From Eledone cirrhosa (Eukaryota): 64,000 nt of DNA. The notes beneath the pieces are model-generated. The model did not search any database, was not told the DNA's origin, and worked only from the letters and a program-made list of their open reading frames with translations. Below are positions 53,840 to 64,000 of this stretch, piece after piece; the first letter of the stretch is position 1, and each line of letters opens with the position of its first letter. The position numbers and the translations under genes were made by a program. The stretch is from contig OZ024740.1 of the NCBI GenBank assembly GCA_964016885.1, forward strand, positions 195,238,001-195,302,000. The letters run 5' to 3'.

Positions 53840-56800
53840 GACCAATCATAAGTCAGAGGCCTATACTATCGCTTACCTGGTTGCCTTTCGATATGATGGA
53901 TGGATGGACTACGGAATTCTGGAGAGTTGAAGAGAGAAAAATCTGGACGCTCAGCGACAATGCCAAAGATAAAGACAAATTCACCTCGTGGACGAGAATG
54001 CGAGCACTCCTCCTCTTTGTTTCGGCCGCGGATGGCTAACATAACCCCATCTCCCCCCGCTCCCCACTGCTCCCACCCTCCAAACTCAATCCCAAACTTC
54101 AGAGTTGGTATCATGAATGTAGGCACCTTAAAGGGTCGCTCTAATGAGGTTGTAGAAATGCTTGAACGTAAGGAGGTCGATGTTTGTTGTATTCAAGAGA
54201 CCAGGTGGAGGGGTGGGTCTGCTAGATTCATTGTGGGTAAAAAACGATGCTATAAGCTTTTCTGGGTGGGAAATGACAATGGTCTGGGTGGGGTAGGAAT
54301 CATGGTAGCAGAAAAGTGGGCAGATAAGATAATAGACGTAAATAGAGTGAACGACAGAATAATTAAAATAAGACTTGTTCTCAATAGAACTACGGTGACA
54401 GTAATATTTGCGTACGCACCCCAATCCGGACTGCCCGGCACTATAAAAGACAGATTCTATGAGTCACTGATGCTCACTACCTCCCAAATAACCGACAGTG
54501 ACTATATAATTATTGCAGGAGACCTAAATGGTTACGTTGGACAACATTGTGACGGCTACGACGGAATCCATGAAGGCTATGGGTTTGGTACTAGAAATGA
54601 GGAAGGCTCCAGAATCCTGGAATTCTGTGATGCAAATAACCTAACTATCTGTAACACTAACTTCAAAAAACATGACAATCACCTGATCACCTATAGATCG
54701 GGGGAACACACAAGCCAGGTAGATTATATTCTTACCAGAATACGTGACAGAGTGTCTGTTGTAAACACTAAATCCCTCCCCCATGAAGAATGCACCTCCC
54801 AACATAGACTGATAATTAGCGACCTAATAGTCAGGACGAGATGTACTAAACAGCAGAAGAGGACTATCCTCAGGAGAAAAATATAGAAGCTAAAGGACCC
54901 CACAGCCAGAAATAAATTTAAAAGCATACTACTTGATGCTTTCGACAGTAAGGAAGAGCAATTAGAGTCGTACAATATAGAGGAATAGTGGGAATTCCTG
55001 AAAGCAAACCTGCTGATGGCGGCAGACGAAGTCTGTGGCTGGAGCAGGCCTGTAGGCAGGAGGAGATCAACATGGTGGTGGAACAGTAAGGTGGAGGGGT
55101 CAATTAAGGCCAAAAAGCAGGCTTGGAAAGTATGGCGAGATGGGGGAAGTAGAGAAGACTATCAAGTGGCCAGGAGGGAAGCTAGGAGACAAGTGTACTT
55201 CGCAAGAAGGGAAGCAGAGGAAAGAAAGTTCAAGCATGTTCTACAACGCGAGGACCAAAAACGTGAGGTGTTCAGGATTGCTAGGCAATGTGTCAAGGAA
55301 AACCATGATATTGTCGGGGAGAAGTGTGTACTTAATGATGACGGCGTACTTGCCATCACCGACGCTGATAAGAAGGTAGCTTGGAAGTGTTACTACGAAA
55401 GACTACTAAATTAGGAGAATAAATGGGAGAAAGACAGTCTCCCCCACATCAACCCAATAGAGGGACCAGCAGTATTAGTCGAGGGTAGTATAATAAGTAA
55501 GGCAATCAAAGATATGAAGACGGGTAAGGCGGCTGGTCCTTCGGAAATAGTTGCTGAGATGCTGCAGGCATCTGGAACGGTGGGACACACCATGGTCACC
55601 CGGATAGTTAACCAAGTCGTACAGAATGGTGTTGTTCCGAAGGACTGGCGTAGCAGCATCATCGTTAACTGTTATAAGGGTAAAGGAGATGCCCTAGATA
55701 GGAGTAACTATAGAGGCATTAAATTAATCGACCAGGTCATGAAGGTCACGGAAAAAGTAATAGCGCAACTAATCAGAGAGAGAATTGATCTAGATGAAAT
55801 GCAGTTCGGGTTTGTGTCAGGGAAAAGTACCACAGACGCTCTTTTCATTGTACGACAACTACAGGAGAAGTACCTAGCTAAAAGTAAACCCTATACTTAG
55901 CTTTTGTCGACTTGGAGAAAGCCTTCGACAGAGTCCCCCGTTCCATTATCTGGTGGGCTCTTAGAAAACTAGGTGTTGACAAATGGCTTGTGAGAGCTAT
56001 ACAAGCCATGTATAAAGAAACAGTCAGCAAGGTTAGAATTAACAACGAATATAGTGAAGAGTTTAGCGTAAAAGTTGGTGTCCATCAGGGCTCTGTTCTT
56101 AGCCCCCTACTATTTATTATTGCCCTTCAGGCTATAACAGAGGACTTCAAGGCCGGCTGCCCATGGGAACTCCTATACGCAGATGACCTAACACTCATAG
56201 CTGAATCAATGGCCGAACTAGAGAAGAAATTCCAAACATGGAAGCACGGCCTAGAATCAAAAGGCCTTAAAATTAACCTGGCTAAGACTAAAGTTCTAGT
56301 TTGTAAGAAAGAAAATAAGGCGGCGGTCCCTTCCGGGAAGTGGCCATGCTCAGTGTGTAGGAAAGGCGTAGGTAGAAACTCCATTTTATGTCCCAAATGC
56401 AAAGTATGGGTGCATAAAAGATGTAGTGGGATCACAGGTAAGCTAACTAAGAACATATAGTGGACAGCTTCCGTTACCTGGGCGACAAAATCAGCAGTCG
56501 GGGAGGGTGCTCTGAAAGTACAGTAGCTAGAGTCAGAACTGGATGGAAAAAGTTCAGAGAGCTTATACCACTATTAGCCGCTAAAGGGTTCTCCCTAAAA
56601 ATGAAAGGCAGGTTGTATAATGCCTGCATACGAACAGCAATGTTGCATGGCAATGAGACCTGGGCATTGTGTGCAGAGGATATATGCAGACTAGAGAGAA
56701 ACGAAGCTTGCATGCTCCGCTGGATGTGTAATAGTAATATACGTGAACGGCAAAGCATAAACGAACTAAGGAAAAAATTAGAAATAAGAGGGATCAGATG

Positions 56801-57660
56801 TTGTTTACTCGAGAGAAGGCTACGTTGGTATGGTCACGTGATGTGCATGAAAGACGATAGCGGTATAACAAAGTGCAGGGCAATAAAGATAGACGGTAGC
56901 CACGGAGTAGGCAGACCCAGAAAAACCTGGGACGAGCTGATAAATTCCGACCTCACACACTTACACCTCTCCAAGACAATGTCACTGGACCGAGACCTAT
57001 GACGGTACTCAGTAATAGAGAAGACCCGCCTTACCTAAATACAAAGTAAAACCTACTACAGTCAGTAGGCATCTCTAACAAAATACACCCCCGTCCCACC
57101 ACCCCCACCCCATCCACACCGCCCCTTTCAATGTAAAGTTATGTTGGTGCCACAACATCCAGGCCGAAACAAATGAGATCGTGTAGGTGTCACGACAAAA
57201 AAACATACAGTCCACGCTGTAATGTGGCCGTGTAGGCAACACGGTAAAAACCACCCAGCCCCACACTGTAAATGTGGTTGGTGTTAGGAAGGGCATCCAG
57301 CTGTAGAAAACCCGCCAGACAGTCCACGCTGTAATGTGGCCGTGTAGGCAACACGGTAAAAACCACCCAGCCCCACACTGTAAATGTGGTTGGTGTTAGG
57401 AAGGGCATCCAGCTGTAGAAAACCCGCCAGACAGTCCACGCTGTAATGTGGCCGTGTAGGCAACACGGTAAAAACCTCCCAGCCCCACACTGTAAATGTG
57501 GTTGGTGTTAGGAAGGGCATCCAGCTGTAGAAAACCCGCCAGACAGTCCTATGCGAGCAATGACAACCACTCTTGCCTCAAGTGGGAAAACTCCCGTCCA
57601 AACCTATGCAAGCGTGGAACATGGACGTTAAACGATGATGATGATGATGATGATGATGAT
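53840..57660 (+). mobile_element. Near full-length RTE LINE (APE endonuclease, RT, partly deleted PHD), inactivated
   Basis: APE motifs MNVGTL, CIQETRW, AYAPQ, GDLNG, VDYIL and SQHRL, followed by RT pieces 55514..56460 and 56460..57002; several stops and frameshifts; (GAT)n tail. The 5' boundary is approximate. Confidence 0.95.
57207..57549 (+). repeat. Three near-identical 112-bp tandem copies in the RTE 3' UTR
   Basis: Units start at 57207, 57319 and 57431. Confidence 0.9.
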
Positions 57661-57773
57661 ATATATGTGTATATATATGTATATATGTGTATATGTTTAT
57701 GTATATATGTATGTATGTGTGTCTATATGTATGTACATGTATGTATGTATGTATGTATGTATGTATGTATGTA

Positions 57774-57832
<59 letters not shown>

Positions 57833-58597
57833 ATATGTGTATGTATCTGTATATGTATATGTATATATGGGGGTATAGATGTGTATGTGTGGATATAGAT
57901 ATATATGGATATGTATATATATGATTATATGCATGTGTGTGGATTTGTATTTAGGTTTGCATCTATTTGCACGTATGTATATTTTGGTTAGATATCAATA
58001 TAACTGGACCTCTCTATATATGTGGTGTGAATATGTGCACTTTGTAGACTATGAAATTTATGTGTTTTAACTATGCCAACATGTACTTATCTGAGTTTGA
58101 TTGTTTATGCATAAACATACTTAGCAATATTTTAGAGCGTATAATATGTTATATTATACTGAGTGCAATTTACCATACCGTACTATATGCTGTTGGTTAA
58201 GTTGTATATTATCGCATTACTATATCACATTATCTTATTATAATTTTCATCTTTTAATATACTATATTTCCTAGCCATACCATTAATTTATATTCACCTT
58301 AAAACTCAATACAACACTAATCACCATTTATTTTGACATTCCTTTTAAATTCACTATACCAGATACATTCAACTATCAGTTTGACAATCCCCTTCCTTTC
58401 TAATAGATTTTTATGCCATTTCTACTAACACCTTTCAACCATTCCTTTCAAAGGGTCATGACCTCAACTAAAGTGTATTACTTTTCATCTTAACACCATA
58501 TGAAAAAAACAATTTGATTCGTTAGTTCTTCAACTATCTCCAAATATGGACATGATACTAATTCTGAGTAAAATTATTATTGAATAAAATTATTATT

Positions 58598-58728
58598 GGT
58601 TTTGAAAACAGCTGGTGATATGCATGTAAGTAAATATTCTCTCTATCTGATAGTTTGTAAACTTACATAGATCAATAACTGAGTATAGATACAATGTATT
58701 ATCACCATCTAGAAACGATCGTAAAGCA
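58598..58728 (+). ncRNA. Degenerate long-stem-II hammerhead motif (related to 21283..21424)
   Basis: ttgaaaa (decayed CUGAAGA)-tggtgata...tatcacca-GAAA-cgatcg-UA-aagc; shares the internal ctgatagtttgta with the 21283 motif. Confidence 0.5.
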
Positions 58729-59371
58729 GTGAAGTATATCTCTAATGACTTGATTTTTTATTTCATTGTTTTAACTTATATATATATATATATGTATATA
58801 TATATTAAGAGAGAGAGATACAGACAGGGGCTATCATACATGTTCTATGTGTTCATGTATGTGTGTTCTTGTACTGGTTTCAAGCAATACAGATGTGACT
58901 ATACTGGGCTTCACTTCTAATAACATAATTGTTCTATACATAATTATACACGGACACACTACATGCAGAGGCAAACACATTTACAAACTTGCACAAACAG
59001 AAATAGACAACAAATTGTATCATAGTGCCTTTAGAGTGTCATCTTTCGTTTTATCAAAGACAAATATTAAATTTATTTGGATAATTTCCACTTGATTCTT
59101 CCAATGATTTTCTATTTGAGTCGTAAAGCCAGATTATATAGCATAGCTAAGTGAATTTACAACCTACACCAATGAAGTTGGAAAAATACCAAGAAAAATT
59201 GATCAAAAGAAATTACAGTACTATATTTCATTAAAACCTGAAAAGATATATGGTTGTGCTTTTGGTTACATATATTGAGATGTTAGGTGGCAGGTTTTGG
59301 AATGCTTGCCTCGTTTAGATGTCGATATGTAATGGGTAGGCCAGTAGGGGTATGGAGGAGTGTGTGCAAAG

Positions 59372-59413
<42 letters not shown>

Positions 59414-59464
59414 TCATCATCATTGTTTAACGTCCATCTTCCACGCTAGCATGGGTTTGGACGG

Positions 59465-59509
<45 letters not shown>

Positions 59510-59756
59510 TATGTATATAAATATATATATGAATATATATATATAAAGAATGAATAATAACAGGTAGACGTCATAAAAAGGTAATTTATTCCGTGTGCTT
59601 ACAAGTGTTTCCACGGTGGTACTGCAGCCTAGTTACGCTACGTGCTAATTCACAAGTACTTGCAGAACTCGAATATCCAATGCTGTGACCACATATGAAT
59701 ATATATATATGAATGTATATATATATACATATATATATATATGTATATATATATAA

Positions 59757-59796
<40 letters not shown>

Positions 59797-60332
59797 TCAT
59801 ATTTTTCATATATTTACCCAAACTGCAATTCTGTGTTTCTCTCTTTCTCTCTTACTGCTCCCTCGTTCTCTCTGTTTCTCTTACTTTCTTTCGTCCCCTC
59901 TGCCATGTCAGTTAACACTTTCTCTCTACTGACCTCTTCCTCGCACTCCCACTCACTCAGTCCCTGTTTCTCCCCTTCTTTCTTCCTCCCGTTCGCTGGG
60001 ATGGGAAAACGGTTTTCATTCTTTCTAACACCGGATTCACTAGCGAAAGGTCTGTTGCTGACTCGCTCATATATTCACACAGCTTATGCTGAAAGAATAA
60101 CTATGTTGCTTGTGTTTATTTCCATCTTCGGTTAGCTTCCCCCTGTGTTGTTACTTGTCTCACTCGCTTTACGCGTTTCTATTGTCCTAATAACTTATTT
60201 TAGTTATTATCGCTCCAACGTGAGGTATATGATTTTTAATGCGATGAAATACCCATGATCGTTTGGTAAATCACTGATGAGGGACTCATTTTATAACATG
60301 TTATCCATGTGCAACCAGCAGTATTCTTCTCA

Positions 60333-60835
60333 CTCATCATCATTTTACGTCCGCTTTTCCCTGCTTGCAAGGGTAGGACGGGTTTTATTCAGCACAGCAT
60401 CTCTCCACTCATCACGGTCCCTCGTCATCTCCACCGTGAGCTTCAATGATCTGAGGTCTGTTCTCACCACCTCCGCCCATGTTTTTCGTGGTCTACCTCT
60501 ACCACGTCTTCCTTCAACTGGCATTTCCTGGCACTTCTTCACCCATCGGTCATCCTCCATGCGCATCACATGTCCATACCACCTCAGTCTCCTCTCCCGT
60601 ACACTACATTCTATCCCTCTCAGACACAGTTTCTCTCTCAACACATTTATGCTGGGTCGTTCACGCACATTTACATTGCACATCCAACGGAGCATGCTTA
60701 CCTCATTTCTCTCCAGCCGTCGCATATCCTCTGCGGTTGCTGCCCATGTCTCACTACCATGCAGCATCGCGCTCCTCACACAGGCATCATACAACCGGCC
60801 TTTCGTACGCAGGGAGAAACCCTTCTTCGTCAAGA
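60333..60835 (-). mobile_element. RTE LINE 3' fragment, same subfamily as 17023..18540
   Basis: Protein nearly identical to the last 162 aa of 17046..18506. Confidence 0.95.
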
Positions 60836-60967
60836 AGATATATATATATACATGTATATATATATATATATATATACATGTATATATATATATATGTATA
60901 TATATATATACCCCGTCTAACCCATGCTATCGTGGAAGAACGGACGTAAAACTGTGATGATGATATA

Positions 60968-61042
<75 letters not shown>

Positions 61043-61047
<5 letters not shown>

Positions 61048-61801
61048 ATATGTTGAGAAGGTAACACACCAGAGAGAGATATATAGTGCGTTATCAATAA
61101 TACAGGGAAAAAACCACCAGTGTATGGAATCTATAACCTATGAAAGGCTGGTGTGTTACCTTCTCAACATATTATATTTTAAAGGGCTCAGGATCTCTTC
61201 TCCTTTGAGCACATTATTTACAGGGAATAACGACGGCCTATGCCTCCGTTAATTTATCGTGATATTTCGCTCCTAATAACAGTCTTTCCTATCTCTGTTT
61301 GGTTGAGCACACTTCCCTGAGTGGCTTTGGGCTGCCCTTTCTAGCAGTTCGTCTCTCAGAGGCCACTGGTTCACTGCCCTTAAACACGCTGTGACTTCTC
61401 TCTCCCACGTGTAGCTGGACAGCCAATTGTAAAATTCTCTTAGTGTTGTCTGAAATGTATGGCCTTACACACGCTGATGAACCGAGACTAGACCATTTCT
61501 TTCAACAAATTTTTTGGTGAAACATATCTTTGGATTTGTACGTGTGTTATATAGTTATAGAGGTATTTATTTACGCTTTAATTTATATTTTTAATTATCG
61601 TGTCTATAGTCTGCCTTTCATAGGTTATAGATTCCATACACTGGTGGTTTTTTCCCTGTATTATTGATAACGCACTATATCTCTCTCTGGTGTGTTACCT
61701 TCTCAACATATTATATTTTAAAGGGCTCAGGATCTCTTCTCCTTTGAGCACATTATTTACAGGGAATAACGACGGCCTATGCCTCCGTTAATTTATCGTG
61801 A

Positions 61802-61804
<3 letters not shown>
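61043..61804 (+). mobile_element. ORF-less retrozyme-like element: 539-nt period, ~118-nt terminal redundancy, inverted 5' segment
   Basis: 61148..61265 matches 61687..61804; 61043..61148 is the reverse complement of 61613..61716; intact HHR inside; (TA)n on both sides. Confidence 0.8.
61467..61547 (+). ncRNA. Type I hammerhead ribozyme with complete catalytic core
   Basis: acacacg-CUGAUGA-accgaga/ttttggt-GAAA-ca.atc/gat.tg-UA-cgtgtgt; predicted cleavage after GUA at 61540. Confidence 0.8.
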
Positions 61805-61881
<77 letters not shown>

Positions 61882-61893
61882 TGTATGTATATA

Positions 61894-61933
<40 letters not shown>

Positions 61934-62063
61934 AATGAGTAGGACCCCGACGGCTGAGCTCAAGCCGTTTCGACGGCTAATTCTGATTACCCACTCTACT
62001 ACCCTAAGTATTGAGTACTTTGGTGTGTTATGGTCCACCTGGTTCCTTACCACTTTTCCTTCG

Positions 62064-62110
<47 letters not shown>

Positions 62111-62193
62111 GGTGAGTTTTATTGTAGTACAATAAAGCAAAGCAGATATCGGATAAGTAGCACTCTACAGTTTGTAGGACTGGAGTATAAATA

Positions 62194-62527
62194 ATATATA
62201 AGATCAAAAGATGGTTAAAAGAGTTCCATGTATTTTATTATGCGCATTTCAAAAACAAATATCATCATGCAATAACATTTGCGTTTTTGTCAGATAAAAT
62301 AGGGAGACATGATATGAAGGTTAAAACACACTTGTGAATAGTGCAGTTTTAAATCAACATATGTTGATTTAAAACTGCACTATTCACAAGTGTGTTTTAA
62401 CCTTCATATCATGTCTCCCTATTTTATCTGACAAAAACGCAAATGTTATTGCATGATGATATTTGTTTTTGAAATGCGCATAATAAAATACATGGAACTC
62501 TTTTAACCATCTTTTGATCTTATATAT
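62194..62527. repeat. Perfect spacerless 334-bp palindrome containing a decayed HHR on each arm
   Basis: Centre between 62360 and 62361; no mismatch seen manually; motif 62420..62490 tattttat-ctgacaa-...-GAAA-tgcgca-UA-ataaaata. Confidence 0.9.
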
Positions 62528-63522
62528 ATATATATATATACACACACCACCACTATCATCATCATTTTATGTCTGCTTTCCACATTGGCATGGGTCATTT
62601 AGGTTGTCATGGTTCAGGAACTGATGGCCAAAAGTGGCCTCATCTTGCTCATATGTTCCATATTTGGTATGTTTTCTACAACTAAACACCTTTTCTAACA
62701 CCAACATGCTTGTCCAAACTGAAGAGTCCTCTCAAATTTTATATTGTCTCTGTTCAATAGCCAAACACTTTATGTAGCTTCTGATCTCTCATCACATTTA
62801 CTTTCAATGTTACACAACCTGTATTGGGAGACAGTTCTTTTCTATTCTGGCATATCACCAGTCACTTCAGCCCTGTGTCATCTCTTAACACTTAGCATTC
62901 AAACCGGCCATAACTAGCTACTTATACTTATGTTAAGGTATTGTGTTCAAAATAAATAATATCAAAATCTCGTGTTTACTGTCAAAATACAATAGTTAAT
63001 ATAGAGTAATGAGGTTCAGTTTCTTGAAGCCATTCTTCACAACTTCATCTAATGTCTTCCTTGGTTTCTATTTTCCATGCTGATATGGGTTGGATGGATT
63101 ACATATACAGTAGAAGATATTTACTATAATCACAGATGTTATAAACTGGTTGTGGTTATCAAAGTTTGTGGTGCGCAAACTTTTTATTTAAAATTAATGA
63201 AAATGTTTAAGTAAACTGTTATCCAATCACAATAGTCACTACAGAAAAATCAAAAGAAAATGCCACTATCTGTAGAGATGTTAAAGGTGATGGATGGCTG
63301 TTGTAATGTGTGTATGTGTGCATGCACACTGATACACATGTATTGCAGAAATAATTGTGTAAATATGTCAATGAATGAGGGAACCAACACGCACACCTTT
63401 TGAATTATAGCAAAAGCTTCAGTGCATCATAGCACTTTAAACACGACACACACACACATATATATATATATACACATACATATATAAAGAAGAAATTAAA
63501 AGATGGTTAAAAAAGTTCCATA

Positions 63523-63592
63523 TATTTTATTATGCGCATTTCGAAAATAACATCATCCTGGGACAAAAATTGTGTTCTCATCAGATAAAATA
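63523..63592 (-). ncRNA. Minimal type I hammerhead motif with intact core in a probable PLE 3' end
   Basis: Minus strand: tattttat-CUGAUGA-g...c-GAAA-tgcgca-UA-ataaaata; same family as the 62194..62527 arms. Confidence 0.7.
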
Positions 63593-64000
63593 AGGTAACA
63601 TGATATGAGGCCTAAAAACACTTGTGAACAAGAAAGTGTTCAGTCTACATATGACAAAAATATAAGAGAAGAGAAAAAAATAGGAAAAATTAAGAAAAGG
63701 AAAGAAGAAGGAAAAAGTGTATCTGATATATGCATAGTTTTATTGTTCTACAATATTACTCACCTCCTACACATACGTATATACATACACACATACACAC
63801 ATATATATATAAATACACACACACATATACATATATACACACACACATATATACACACATATATATATATACACACACACACATATATATATACACACAC
63901 ATATATATAAATATATATATACATACAATTAAAGGCAGTAAAATTAGATTAAAAATGATCATAAATGATGACCCGAAACACATTTCTTTTTATCATCAGC

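Noticed and set aside
57207-57549. CRISPR-like periodicity
   Set aside because: Head-to-tail identical units with no unique spacers, in a eukaryotic LINE UTR with no cas genes.
59590-60330. HHR halves (gaaacacttgta on minus near 59600; ctgatgaggg at about 60274)
   Set aside because: They lie on opposite strands and each lacks its partner half, so no complete fold can be built.

Overview
Eukaryotic, AT-rich, microsatellite-saturated non-genic or intronic DNA. The tRNA-CORE SINEs with RTE tails and the repeat landscape suggest a cephalopod such as Octopus (inference). No intact host protein-coding gene is recognisable, and most ORF-track entries are translations of (TA)n, (CA)n, (GAT)n or (GGT)n repeats. 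Real coding remnants all belong to transposons: four RTE-clade LINE copies (three retaining a PHD finger in the ORF), one near full-length Penelope-like element (PLE) with pseudo-LTRs plus several PLE 3' fragments, two decayed R4/Dong-like LINE pieces, a hAT transposase and a DD37D (maT) Tc1/mariner element. The most interesting layer is non-coding: more than a dozen type I hammerhead-ribozyme (HHR) motifs found by eye. They occur in PLE ends, in two ORF-less terminally redundant retrozyme-like units (448 and 539 nt), and in fold-back palindromes, several of which are centred on HHR stem II. Almost all abut (TA)n tracts, and many element ends share a TTGAGYDC motif about 45-50 nt from the terminus. 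All structures were paired manually and none was checked computationally.
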